Shown in pieces: positions 25,130-39,400 of a DNA stretch of 64,000 bases. Origin of the DNA: Haliotis rufescens (Eukaryota). The notes under the pieces were generated by a model, which made no database searches, had not been told where the DNA came from, and worked only from the letters and a program-made list of their open reading frames with translations. The position numbers and the translations under genes were made by a program. The stretch covers positions 4,030,001-4,094,000 of the forward strand of contig NW_025964013.1 of the NCBI RefSeq assembly GCF_023055435.1, written 5' to 3'. The first letter of the stretch is position 1, and every line of letters starts with the position of its first letter.

Positions 25130-25662
25130 CGTAAATCCATGCTGATGACATATCAAAGCTACAACGCATTCAGAACTCTGCAGCTTGATGCATCTCTAAA
25201 GTTCCAAGATCCAATCATATCAGTCCTGTCCTCAAAGCACTACATTGGCTTCCAGTCTCCATTCGTATAAACTATAAGATATGTATCATCACTCACGACT
25301 GCCTCAACAATAGCGACTATCTCAAAGATCTTATATCCCTGTACTCTCCAGAGCGTGCTCCCCGATCCTCTGGTGGAACTCTACTGTATCAGCCTCTGTC
25401 TACTTCTGCTATGTCTGACCGTGCCTTCTCCTTTTGCAGTCCACCGTTATGGAACTCTTTGCCTTTGAATCTGAGAATCTCTGCTTCTAAGGAAACGTTT
25501 AAGTCTCTCCTCAAAACCCACTTCTTCACTTCAGCTTTTCAATAGATCTCCTGATTGTTGGCATATGTACATAGACATTACATTTTAACTTTGTCACAGC
25601 GCCAGTGAGCAACTGTCGATGGATATTAGGCGCTTTACAAATCAATTATTATTATTATTATT
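25130..25662 (+). mobile_element. L2-group LINE 3' fragment
   Basis: Degenerate ORF2 end with LHWLPV..RINYK and DRAFS...P.LWNSLPLNLR......FKSLLKTHFF; 3' AGCGCC..GGCGCT stem and (ATT)n tail. Confidence 0.85.
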
Positions 25663-26579
25663 TAGCCGGAATCGATCGTTTAATCGACTCTGTTTGTGAC
25701 AGAGATTTCTTAGGAATATGGAAAGAGGTTTGTTGCTTTTATTTATCATTGTGCTGGTGCCACGTCCCCGCTTGATACTCACTTTTAATTAACATAAATA
25801 TTACATATAAATGTTGTAAGAGCCTCATAAGCCTTTTGGGCTGGGCCATGATTGTTTTATTGTTCTGCACTCTACTATGTACATATATTATACAGTAGGT
25901 CTATGTGTGTCCTTACTGTATCGTTTTATCAGAATGCGTATCAATAGCTGTAATATCCATGTGCGTGACAATTCAATGAAGTATTTCAATAACAAGAAGA
26001 TCTTTAAAGGTGACGGACAGACAGGTATATGTTTATCTTTTGTTGAAGTGTCACATCGCTATATTTGTTTAAGATAAACAGTGAACACGTTATAACAACT
26101 CACAAATAACACAGAGAGAGAGAGAGAATATTGTTTATTAAAGTGTCACATGTTATATACACTTCGTAATACGATATATACAAAACAGTAAAATATAACA
26201 TCCGGCCAAATATGACCTACGAGACACTATAAAACATATCAATCATAAAACTATTCAGTTGAAACAGAATAAAAAATACATACCTCGTGATGCAGGCGCG
26301 GAGCACGGCCGTGGGCGGTTTCAGCGAAGAGCGCACCAGTATGCCAGGATACAGGGCAACTGACTTCGAAAGTCCTTAGTTAAACAGTGCGCTCCCCCTT
26401 AACTCCCCCCACCGCGTTGCGCCNNNNNNNNNNNNNNNNNNNNNNNNNNNNNNNNNNNNNNNNNNNNNNNNNNNNNNNNNNNNNNNNNNNNNNNNNNNNN
26501 NNNNNNNNNNNNNNNNNNNNNNNNNNNNNNNNNNNNNNNNNNNNNNNNNNNNNNNNNNNNNNNNNNNNNNNNNNNNNNN

Positions 26580-28290
26580 GCCGGTCTCAACATGTAAAGG
26601 TAAAATACCACATCGAAAGGATGCTAAAAGTCTTCGATGATCTCTAAAACGTACATGACATAAATAAGGCTCAGCAGTAGGTGATGATTTGTACATTCTG
26701 TATGTGCGTAATTTATTGCCATTTGGATTATTCTTGTCATTCCATAGCGCAGTATACCACATATCACAATCTTCAGCAGTTAAGAAACACTTTACACGGT
26801 CAACACACTGTTTAATGCTGTATCCACAATAAGGTAAATTTGACAAATTATAGTGAGCTAAAATGTTTACGATTTTTTTATCCCAGGATTGTGATCGGAT
26901 TTTGGACCAATTATGAATGATAAGAGGGAGATGATGGGCCTGCATATTCTGAATTCTAAAATATAATCTAAAGCATTCAACGTGCTGTGACACTTTCACA
27001 GAACACCAGCCCATGTCCCCCCTCATAGCAGTAACTGGGGCATTTTTTCTTACGCCTAGAAACAAACGACAAGCCTTATTTTGAATTATTTCTACTTCCT
27101 TATACTTATTCAAACCCCAAATGCCAGCACCATAAAATAGAACAGGTTCTACAAGAGCTTTATAAAGCTTGTTAAATACTTCGTAAGACATGCCACCCGC
27201 GTGTTTAAACTTTGAATACAACGCAGAAAGAGCTCTGCTAGCCGATTTACACAGTACCTGGACTGTTTTGTGCATATCTAAATGCTCATTAAAAGTTAAA
27301 CCAAGATATTTGTAAGAGCTTTCATAATCAATAATAGATTTGCCGCATACAAATACTCGCTCAGATCTAGCCACAGCTTTGTTTCTGAAATGCATGATTT
27401 TGGTTTTGTCTGAATTAATATCCAAACGCCATTTTTGACACCATATATTTAAAACATTTAACATTTTCTGTAACGAGTCTTCGTCTTCAGCTAACAAGGC
27501 TATATCATCAGCATACAACAAAACTGATAACACAGAACTTTCAATAGGTATGCCACAGTTTAACTTATTCATGTCTAACACCAAATCATTAATATAAACG
27601 GAAAATAACGTTGGCGATAACTTGCATCCTTGTTTAACGCCCAAGGTAACATTAAAAGATTCAGTGATAAAACCATTGAGCTTAACTGCACACTTTACGT
27701 CCATATATAAGGCTTGTACAGCTTGTAGCATTTTACCATGAATACCAACAGACATAAGCTTGTACCAAAGGCAATTGCGATTAACCCTATCAAACGCCTT
27801 CTTAATATCAACAAAACAGACATACGTAGATCGTTTAGAGGCTTTACGGTTATTAACAATATTATAAAGTGCATATAAGTGATCAGTGCAGTTTCTCTTA
27901 GGTCTAAAACCATTTTGCTCTTCCACAAGAATATTATTTGACTCCAACCACTTCTGTATCCTACAGTTCAGTATACACGTGTAGACTTTACAGGGTATTG
28001 ATATGAGAGTAATGCCCCTGTAAGACAAAGGATCTGACGGGGTACTTTTGTCCTTAGGAATAGGAGTAATTAGTCCTGCTCCCCACTGAGACGGCGACAC
28101 TGAATGTTCAAAACAATACTTAATGATATGGTGAAGTAAGTTAATACAATGAGGATTTCGTAGTACTTCTACCGGTATACCGTCTACCCCAGGCGCTTTT
28201 CCTGTCTTCATCTGCATAACAGCAAGGTCAACTTCCTGGACTGAGACAGAGCGGTTCAAATCCGACAGATCATAATCTGCACACTCCACG
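26580..28290 (-). mobile_element. 5'-truncated non-LTR retrotransposon ORF2 (CR1/L2-group reverse transcriptase), uninterrupted up to the N gap
   Basis: GKAPGVDG, YRGITL, EQNGFR, FVDIKKAFD, GVKQGCKLSPTLF, LYADD, YKYLG, KLRTY, RCGILPLHVETG. A possible 3' tail (AATAAA..(TC)n on minus) lies at ~26113-26140. Confidence 0.95.
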
Positions 28291-28929
28291 GTACCGCTAC
28301 GCACACGTTCGCACACAGTATCATAATGAGCACACAATAAAATATGACGAGACACCCCATGTGGAGTATAACGATATATAAAATGAAAAAATATGTACAA
28401 TAATATAATTTTCACAGTAATGAAAACGTAACATATGAACAATCTACACTGTGCTCTAGTTTTTACACCGAAACGTCGCAGCAGTATGAATAGAGATCTT
28501 GTCATCCATACAATGCAAAGTTGTCCGGTTCAATTCAATATCAAGTTGATGTCCTTCGTGAAATCATGTCTAGTTATACCATGTTTACCGAAGGCAGACG
28601 TAAACCTATTTTACGAGGGTTGATAAGTGTGATACCACACTGAAACTAGTGTAATATTCTATTTTATTACCACTGGGCGAAGAGACATGTGGTGAGGTAC
28701 TAAGCTGGTCAGGCTGACCTCGGTTTACTTGTTCTGATTGGATAACCGACCCCGTTAAGGTCACCCACGAGGATCATGCTTAAAGGGGCACTCGAGATCC
28801 GGTCGTCAAAGGCGCCGCAATATCGGTGTTGCGTCCCGTAGACGAACATAAACCTATGATCGATCGGTTGGAAACCTATATTTGCTCTAATTATGTTTGA
28901 GGGTTTGCAGGCACCATTCACTTGTTTTT

Positions 28930-29467
28930 GAGTGAGTGAGTGAGTGAGTGACTGAGTGACTGAGTGACTGAGTGAGTGAGTGACTGACTGAGGGAGTGAG
29001 TGANNNNNNNNNNNNNNNNNNNNNNNNNNNNNNNNNNNNNNNNNNNNNNNNNNNNNNNNNNNNNNNNNNNNNNNNNNNNNNNNNNNNNNNNNNNNNNNNN
29101 NNNNNNNNNNNNNNNNNNNNNNNNNNNNNNNNNNNNNNNNNNNNNNNNNNNNNNNNNNNNNNNNNNNNNNNNNNNNNNNNNNNNNNNNNNNNNNNNNNNN
29201 NNNNNNNNNNNNNNNNNNNNNNNNNNNNNNNNNNNNNNNNNNNNNNNNNNNNNNNNNNNNNNNNNNNNNNNNNNNNNNNNNNNNNNNNNNNNNNNNNNNN
29301 NNNNNNNNNNNNNNNNNNNNNNNNNNNNNNNNNNNNNNCGCGGCCTTTAGGAATATTCCAGCAATATCACGGCGGGGGACACCAGAAATGTGCCCATGTG
29401 TGGAATCGAATCCGGGTCTTCAGCATAACGAGCGAACGCTTTAACCACTAGGCTACCCCACTACCCC
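28930..29467 (-). mobile_element. tRNA-derived SINE, family B, minus strand, spanning an N gap
   Basis: 29341-29467 is the reverse complement of the 24540 SINE; (GAGT)n tail at 28930-29003; imperfect TSD TCACTTGTTTTTG / TCACTTGCTGTTG. Confidence 0.85.
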
Positions 29468-29690
29468 TCACTTGCTGTTGGATATCACAAAAGTGGGACG
29501 CGTCTAAGACCTGCACCACTCCGAGCTTCCCACACAAATCGTGATGTGATTAAAATGATGTTCAAAGAGGCTTTACCTGCATTCACTCTCTTACAGTTTC
29601 ATTCATAAAACATTCACGGTATTTCTTCACGGCTTAAGCTTTATTAGACCAATAAGCACAACAATCACCTTCATTTTGGTCATGTCAAGA

Positions 29691-30037
29691 TGGACCGCCT
29701 CCGTGGTCTAGTGGTAGAGCGTCCGCCCGGAAGGTTCGGGGTTCGATCCCCGGCCGCGTCATACCAAAATACGTTAAAAGATGGCACTTGTTGTTGATGG
29801 CACTGGCGCTCGGCATTAAGGGGCTAAAACAAGGACTGGTCGGCTCGGAGTCAGTATACTGTGTCTGCGTGGGGTGTTCATGTTAAACTGCGGCATGGTA
29901 TCTCAGTGAGCTAGCACTATAAATCGGCATCAGTCCGGACTAGTACAAGCAGCCACACACACACGTGCATGCACGTCGCTATATAAGTGCAATAATCGTG
30001 GACGCGACGTTAAACTCAATTTCACCTCACCTCATCA
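29691..30037 (+). mobile_element. tRNA-derived SINE, family C, resembling the MetaSINE/MESC type
   Basis: A-box TGGTCTAGTGG, B-box GGTTCGATCCC, core GTCATACCAAAA..GCATTAAGG (family recognised from memory), 10-bp TSD CATGTCAAGA (29681-29690 and 30038-30047). Confidence 0.88.
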
Positions 30038-31199
30038 CATGTCAAGACGATTCTTTAATATTACTATAGTTAGTCTGTCATGCATGCACGTATGCACAGT
30101 GAAATCAATCAATCGGGTGGTCTTAACTTCTTTTGCGTAGTATATGTAAGCCGTGTACTGCTGCTGTTGTCAATAACATTACGAAACAATATTACTTCCA
30201 TTGATTGTTCATCTGTTGCTTTTCAGGCGTAAACGCCAAAGTCTTTCTTAAAATCGAAATATAAGCGAATGGTATATTTAACTCAGTTGAGTTCAAGCTA
30301 ATGATTTAAAACTAAAGTGGGCAAACCAACTACCTCAAATTGGTAAATAAATGCGACAATCACAATTCCATAATTATAGGACACTTCTACAAAAAGAAGT
30401 GTCCATTGTACGATTGCGACAATATCATTACCATCTGTCTATGAACCACCATCTAATAGTCATGACACCAGGTGTCGCGAAAAATTGGCACCCACCGGTG
30501 ATCAGTGACGCATGCATTGTCAAGTGTTTACCTACAAGAACACGGGAACATATGGTACAAGTGAAAACAGGGAATTACATCGGACATAAGTTTTGTCACT
30601 GATGCGTCAAATTTAGAAATGTCCTCCACATCTTTCGAAAAAAATACCGGGAGACCTTGAACCCCGATTAAACAACTTAAAATCGTCTCGAAAAGAGCAT
30701 GCTCTATTGTTTCTCAAAAGTTGTGAAATGTTGACATCAAAGTCTGGAACTTCCGAAACATTGCTCGACATAAAGCTTACTCTGAATCAGTTTGCATTGA
30801 TCTGGTTAGGCAATAGATGCAACGCTAGGTTACATCAGGGTACCTCACCTGCCCTTCAGCTCCATTGTCAACACACAGACGTCGTCATCTGTTTTATTAC
30901 TGTGGGTGAAGTGAGAGTCCACCAATAGAATGAGGTGGCTGATAATAATGTTATACGCAATTGTACATATATATATGGGGTGTAGAAGAGTCCCCACGTT
31001 TCTCGTGCGTACTTCGCTGTTCACCTATCTGTTCAGGTACGTTATATAGGTGCGATGCTTACGAATAGATGGACATTGAATTCTAAGGAAGCTTTAACCA
31101 ATTGCACTTTAAATTCTTTTAAAATATTCGAAGGTTTCTATCTACATTATTTACTGCAGAGTAATATCAACGTATATATATCATATATATTTGGGTATA

Positions 31200-33850
31200 T
31201 TTGTTTGCAAGTATGTATCGTGACTGTATACTGTTTACATATATGTCTTCATATAGATGTATACATGTAGGTAACATTGATACATACATGTATGTTACAT
31301 GCTTCTATCGTGACGTATATGAAGTTATGTGTGTACATGTAGGTATCACCAGAGTATGTATGAACATGAATGTATCATGACGGTGTGTATGAACATGAAT
31401 GCATCATGACGGTATGTGTGTACATATATGTATCATGACGCTATATGTGTGTAAATCGCGATGAGATATATATGCACATGTTTGTCTCATGAGGGTATAT
31501 GCGTTTACATGTATCTATCATGAGTCTATTTATGTGTAGGTGTTTGTATCATGACGGTAGCGTTGTGGTGCAATTTCATCTCACCCAAGCGATATGTCCT
31601 GTGGGAGGTAGTTTTTGATGATAAAATTTGGTACATGTAGGTATCGCGACGTTATACATGTATATGTGTACATGTATGTCTCATGACGCTATGTGTGTGC
31701 AAATCGCGACGTTATATATGTGTACATGTATGTCTCATGACGTTATGTGTGTGCAAATCGCGACGTTATATATGTGTACATGTATGAATGAATGAATGAT
31801 CTTTATTTCCTCCATTAATTTCGGAGAGTGATATACATTTGGAATCATGTTAACGCAGCATATTTACACGAACATTATATTATGCAGAGAAATTGGCAAT
31901 ACTGAATTTTTACATGTCCTGGTCCTGGTATGAGATATACTGTCTATAGATAGAGCAGTGATCGCAGGTTCCAGGAGCTTATGTCTCGTGATACAGAAGA
32001 TATGAATTCAGCCCATCTGTCAAGGCTCATATCCTCTACAATAGGGGTTATACCACCTAGCAATGTCACAAGTTTGACTTCGTCATCTGCACAGTCCTCA
32101 ATACGCATGTATTGTTCGAGGTTTAAAGAGTCAAATAAATGTTCATAGAGGGTGTTCCTTGCATCAGCTAAAGCTGTACAACATAGCAGTTGTATCATGA
32201 CGCTATGTGTGTACATGTATGTATCATGACGCTATGTTTGGACATGTCTGTATCATGACGCTATGTTTGGACATGTAGGTATAATCAGAATATGTATGAA
32301 CATGAATGCATCATGACGGTATACATGTGTGTAAATCGTGACGGTATATATAGAATCTCACCCGAGTGTTTTTTTACATCAAATATATCAACACTAGTTG
32401 ATAAACGTTTGTAGACAGTAATATGTAGTGTCTTAGTGTAAAAAGTACTGCTTAACAGCTTCAGTAGCAGAGGCAGAAGTGACCAATGACGACACAATAG
32501 GTCTGCAAAGCGTTGTGGTGCAATTTCATCTCACCCAAGCGATATGTCCTGTGGGAGGTAGTTGTGGATGATAAATATGGGTACATGTAGGTATCGCGAC
32601 GTTATATATGTGTACATGTATGTCTCATGACGCTATATGTGTGTAAATCGCGACGTTATATATGTGTACTTGTATGTCTCATGACGCTATATTTGTGTAA
32701 ATCGCGACGTTATATATGTGTACATGTATGTGTCATGACGCTTTATGTGTGTAAATTGCGACGTTATATATGTGTACTTGTATGTCTCATGACGCTATAT
32801 GTGTGTAAATCGCGACGTTATATATGTGTACATGTATGTCTCATGACGCTATATGTGTGTAAATCGCGACGTTATATATGTGTACATGTATGTCTCATGA
32901 CGCTATATGTGTGTAAATCGCGACGTTATATATGTGTACATGTATGTCTCATGACGCTATATGTGTGTAAATCGCGACGTTATATATGTGTACATGTATG
33001 TCTCATGACGCTATATGTGTGTAAATCGCGACGTTATATACATGTATGTGTACACGTATGTCTCATGACGCTATATGTGTGTAAATCGCGACGTTATATA
33101 TGTGTACATGTATGTCTCATGACGCTATATTTGTGTAAATCGCGACGTTATATATGTGTACATGTATGTGTCATGACGCTATATGTGTGTAAATCGCGAC
33201 GTTATATATGTGTACATGTATGTCTCATGACGCTATATGTGTGTAAATCGCGACGTTATATATGTGTACATGTATGTCTCATGACGCTATATGTGTGTAA
33301 ATCGCGACGTTATATACATGTATGTGTACACGTATGTCTCATGACGCTATATGTGTGTAAATCGCGACGTTATATATGTGTACTTGTATGTCTCATGACG
33401 CTATATGTGTGTAAATCGCGACGTTATATACATGTATGTGTACACGTATGTCTCATGACGCTATATGTGTGTAAATCGCGACGTTATATATGTGTACATG
33501 TATGTCTCATGACGCTATATTTGTGTAAATCGCGACGTTATATATGTGTACATGTATGTGTCATGACGCTTTATGTGTGTAAATTGCGACGTTATATATG
33601 TGTACTTGTATGTCTCATGACGCTATATGTGTGTAAATCGCGACGTTATATATGTGTACATGTATGTCTCATGACGCTATATGTGTGTAAATCGCGACGT
33701 TATATATGTGTACATGTATGTCTCATGACGCTATATTGTTGTAAATCGCGATGAGATATATATGCACATGTATGTCTCATGAGGGTATATGCGTTTACAT
33801 GTATCTATCATGAGTCTATTTATGTGTAGGTGTTTGTACCATGACGGTAT
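31200..33850. repeat. ATCATGACG/(TA,TG)-rich satellite with a homogeneous 54-bp array at 32600-33750
   Basis: 18-aa periodic spurious ORF 32627-33754. Confidence 0.92.
31786..32190 (-). mobile_element. Short LINE 3' fragment inserted in the satellite
   Basis: On minus: LLCCTALADAR.. ORF2-like C-terminus, then AATAAA and (CATT)n tail at 31786-31808. Confidence 0.6.
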
Positions 33851-34749
33851 ATTTAAGACATGAACGACGAGTGGTCCTTGTTTACAGTACAATAAATTAC
33901 TTGAGGGAGCGCAGCACCGAGTGGTTTTTTAACCCTGCAGTGTTTTATTGTACGATTAACAACGACCACGAGTTGTTTATATCTTATATGTGTGACGTGT
34001 CGATTCCCAAATTGACACAATATGTTACCCTAGAAATCTGTACTTAAAAGACTAGAACACTTACTGTAAAACCAACAAACAACCGACAAATGGTGTACAA
34101 CTAACAAATTATTGTATTTCAAAATAAACTAAGTTTGCAAATCAATACAAATTACTACACAGCAATTACAATGGCAGTACACAAGAGAATGGAAATACAA
34201 TATTCAGTGGCAATATATAATGTGATGGCAGGGGTCAGTGTCAAATACACATACAGTGGTGATAGCAGAAGTCAGTGATAATAATATATGTTGTTAGGTG
34301 TCGATTCCATATTGAAACAATAACGTTAACCCAGAATTCTGTGCAACAAACAATTATCTTATAAAATTGACAAACTTTACAAAAACATACGAAAAACTGC
34401 TAAGCAATCACAATGGCAGTACCCGATAGCGTGGTAGTACAATATTTAATGGCAAAAATTATGGAGATTCTCACCCTCGTGTCTTTTGATTATCGAATAT
34501 ATCAACACTCGTACATAAACGTGCAAAAACTCCGAGGTTTGCCGTGCTTTCTGTTTACACACTTTTCAATTCTGAAAAGCAGAAGGCGCTCAAAACAGCG
34601 TACTGAGGACAGATGTTAACGTAGTCCCTCTGTAATTGTTGGGGTCAGACTTACTCTTACCATTGCCTTTGTGAATTGGTAAGATCTTACCTATTTTATA
34701 ATACGATGGTATACCTTCATATTTAATTATAGCATTGAACATAGTAGTT

Positions 34750-35850
34750 AAATTACCAAATAATGATCTATGAACATTGTAGTTAAATGGCCAAATAATG
34801 TTCTACCAGCACGTTTAAGGAGCTGGCTAGTTTGGCAATCTGGACCAGGGGATTTTCCCGTATTCAGTGATTTAACATCACACACAATCTCTTGCGAGGT
34901 GGAAGCATCGGATAGAGGTGAATGAAGCATGTCCGAATCAGAAGATATGTCAATAATTTCCATAATTCTACATCAAACGCAAAGGATTATCAAAACAATC
35001 AGACACTACAGACGTAGCTGAATCAGCAAAGTACATGCTAAACGCTGAGCATATATCCCCCGGCATATTTAAATAGTCTCATTAAAAGACAAGTTTGACA
35101 TTGATCTATCCTGTCTCGATAAGCGTCTGCTCACTTTTGCATATTCGCTAATGTCCACTTCAGCAGCTTTCGATATTTTCACAGTTTATCGACAAGAGAG
35201 CGGTTTTTTTATGATCTACGATGGTATTTACGGAATTTACACTCAGCGTCTTTGTCCTTTCTATAATGTACATCATCAATATTGTGAGATTTTCGTCTCA
35301 TTTCATCATTGAGAGATTTCAAGCCGTTTCTTTTCCAATACCGCGTTAGGTACGAGCGATATCCGAGCACGGTTTTCTGTTTGATGAATCTTCGGGTGCC
35401 TGCACGATAATGTCGTTGTAGGAGCTGATATATTCTGCAGGTTTTGTGTAACATGACATATCAACGCACGTCTCTCGAAGATGGTTATCATACCGGTATA
35501 GCATCAAGTCAACTTTTCTTCCAGTTAAACTTGTTTAAAAAAGCGCCACAGTGTTTACTGGACAAAGCTACTATAGGCAAGTGATCAGACACACATTTAC
35601 ACAAGGGAGGTACATTGCAATCTCTATGTTCAATCACATAATCAATGTGAGTTCTCAAAGAATTACACTTTGTCGAGAATGTAATTTGGGACTGGTCGTC
35701 CACAGGAACAATACGAATGAGAGTTCTTTCAGTGAGCTCTCTGCAAATACGATGTTTGCCTAGATTTGCATTAAAATCCCCCAGGACGATAGTGTCACCA
35801 TCATGTGACTATTGATCATACATCGCCATGGTAAAGTCTAGAGCTTCTAT
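34750..35850 (-). pseudogene. Highly degenerate LINE ORF2 (APE endonuclease to start of RT)
   Basis: TIVLGDFNAN, HIDYV, SDHLPI and LNTGKSPGPD fragments in broken frames. Confidence 0.8.
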
Positions 35851-35974
35851 ATACACACTATTCAGAACATTCAGACATAGATCAGTTCTTCGTTCGTTTT
35901 AATTTTAAGACCAAATATTCGGTCCCTGCCATTTCAATTCAGAAGCGTGATCTTGCAATTTTGTTTTTTTTTAC

Positions 35975-38900
35975 CAATATGTATGTATCATGACGGTATA
36001 TATGTGTACATGTATACATCATAACGGTATACATGTGTAAATGTATACATAATGACGGTATATATGTGTAAATGTATACATCATGACGGTATATATGTGT
36101 TAATGTATATATCATAACGGTATACATGTGTAAATGTATACATCATGACGGTATGTATGTGTAAATGTATACATCATGACGATAATTATGTGTAAATGTA
36201 CACATCACGATGGTATATATGTGTAAATGTATACATCATGAGGGTATATATCTGTAAATGTTGAATCATGACGGTATATATGTGTAAATGTATACATCAT
36301 GACGGTATATATGTGTAAATGTATGCGTCATGACGGTATACATGTGTAAATGTATACATCATGACGGTATATATGTGTAAATGTATACATCATGACGGTT
36401 TATATGTGTACATGTATACATCATGACGGTATATATGTGTAAATGTATACATCATGACGTTATACATGTGTAAATGTATACATCATGACGTTATACATGT
36501 GTAAATGTATACATCATGACGGTATATATGTGCAAATGTAAGCGTGTTAATATATATGTATCAAGACGGTATAGATGTATATACTATATGTATGCATCGA
36601 TATATAGATGTACATGTATGCATCATGACGATATACGTGTTTACAGGTATCAAGACGGTATACATCTATATATCTGTGTATTAAACAGAATGGTGGTATA
36701 TGTGTGTGTACATATATGCATCATTGAGGTGCATGTGCGTGTGTGTTCATGTATGCATCATGGAGGTGTATGTGTGTGTACCTGTATGCACCATGTCGGT
36801 ATATGTGTGTACATATATACATCATGACTGTATGTGTGTGTAGGTGTATGCATCATGTCGGGCAAAATATGTGTGCGTGTATGCATCATGCCGTTGTATG
36901 TGAGTTTACTTATATGCATCATCAAGTCTATGTGCATACTTGTATGCATCATGCCGCTATATGTGTGTGTACATGTATGCATCATGGCGGTAAATTTGTG
37001 TGTAGGTTTATGCATCATGAAGGTATATGTGTGTATAAGTTTATGCATAATGGCGGTAAATGTCTGTACATGTATGCATCAGGACGGTATGCATGTGTGT
37101 ACGTGTATGCATCATGGTGATATAGGAGTGTGTACATGTATGCATCATGACGTTATTAGTGTGTTTGTGTGTGTACCTGTATGCATCATGACGGTATATG
37201 TGTGTGTACATGTATGCATCAGGACGGTATATATGTGTGTACATGTATGCATCATGACGGTATATATGTGTGTACATGTATGCATCATGACGGTATATAT
37301 GTGTGTACATGTATCCATCGTGATAGTATATGTATGTGTAAGTTTATGCATCATGGCTGTAAATTTTGTACATATATGCATCATGCCGCTACATGTGTGT
37401 GTAATTGTATGCATCATGATGGTATATGTCTGTGTACATGTATACATCATGGCGATCTATGTGTGTTTGAGTTTATGCATCATGGCGGTAAATGTGTGTA
37501 CGTGTATGTATCATGCGGATATTTGTGTGTGTAGGTGTATGCATCATGGCGGGAAAAATGTGTGTACGCGTATGCATCATGACGCTATATGTGTGTGTAC
37601 ATGTATGCATCATGACGGTATGTGTGTGTGTACATGTATGCATCAGGACGTTATATGTGTGTGTACATGTATGCATCAGGACGGTATGTGTGTGTGTACG
37701 TGTATGCATCATGGTGATATATGAATGTGTACATGTATGCATCATGACGTTATGTGTGTGTTAGTGTGTGTAGGTTTATGCATCATAACGCTATATGTGT
37801 GTGCACATGCATGCATCATGGCGGGAAAAAATGTGTGTACGCGTATGCATCATGGTGATATATGAGTGTGTACATGTATGCATCATGACGTTATGTGTGT
37901 GTTTGTGTGTGCAGGTTTATTCATCATAACGCTATATGTGTGTGTACATGTATGCATCAGGACGGTATATGTGTGTGTACGTGTATGCATCATGGTGATA
38001 TATGAGTGTGTACATATATGCATCATGACGTTATGTGTGTGTTTGTGTGTGTAGGTTTATGCATCATAACGCTATATGTGTGTGTACATGTATGCATCAG
38101 GACGGTATGTGTGTGTGTACGTGTATGCATCATGGTGATATACGAGTGTGTTCATGTATGCATCATTGCGGTATATGTGTGTGTGTACATTTATACACCA
38201 TGGCGGTATATGTGTGTGTACGTGTATGCATCATGACGGTATATGTGTGTGTACATGTTTACATCGTGGCGGTATATGTGTGTATACATGAATACATCAT
38301 GGCAGTATATGTGTGTGTCCATATATATATCATGGCGGTATATGTCTGTGTACGTATATGCATCATGATGGTATATGTGTGTACGTGTATGCATCATACT
38401 TCTGTATGTGGGTGTACATGTATATATCATGGCGGTATATGTCTGTGTACGTGTATACATCATGATGGTATACGTGTGCACGTGTATACATCATGATGAT
38501 GTATGTGTGCACGTGTATGCATCATACTTCTGTATGTGTGTGTCCATGTATACATCATGGAGGTATATGTGTGTGTCCATATATACACCATGGCGGTAAA
38601 TGTGTGTGTACGTGTATACATCATGATGGTATATGTGTGTACGTATATGCATCATACTTCTGTATGTGTGTGTACATGTATACACCATGGCGGTAAATGT
38701 GTGTGTACGTGTATACATCATGATGGTGTATGTGTGTACGTATATGCATCATACTTCTGTATGTGTGTGTACATGTATACACCATGGCGGTAAATGTGTG
38801 TGTACGTGTATACATCATGATGGTATATGTGTGTACGTATATGCATCATACTTCTGTATGTGTGTGTACATGTATACACCATGGCGGTAAATGTGTGTGT

Positions 38901-39400
38901 ACGTGTATACATCATGATGGTGTATGAGTGTACGTATATGCATCATACTTCTGTATGTGTGTGTACATTTATACACCATGGCGGTAAATGTGTGTGTACG
39001 TGTATACATCATGATGGTGTATGAGTGTACGTATATGCATCATACTTCTGTATGTGTGTGTACATGTATACACCATGGCGGTAAATGTGTGTGTACGTGT
39101 ATACATCATGATGGTGTATGAGTGTACGTATATGCATCATACTTCTGTATGTGTGTGTACATTTATACACCATGGCGGTAAATGTGTGTGTACGTGTATA
39201 CATCATGATGGTGTATGAGTGTACGTATATGCATCATACTTCTGTATGTGTGTGTACGTGTATACATCAGGGCGGTATATGTGTGTTTAAGTTTATGCAT
39301 CATGATGGTATATGTGTGTACGTGTATGCATCATACTTCTGTATGTGTGTGTACATGTATACATCATGGCGGTATATGTGTGTGTACATGTCTGTGTCAG
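35975..39400. repeat. 31-33-bp CATCATGACGGTAT(AT/GT)n satellite with a 97-bp higher-order array at ~38500-39250
   Basis: ORF starts recur every 97 bp (38633, 38730 ... 39215). Confidence 0.93.
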
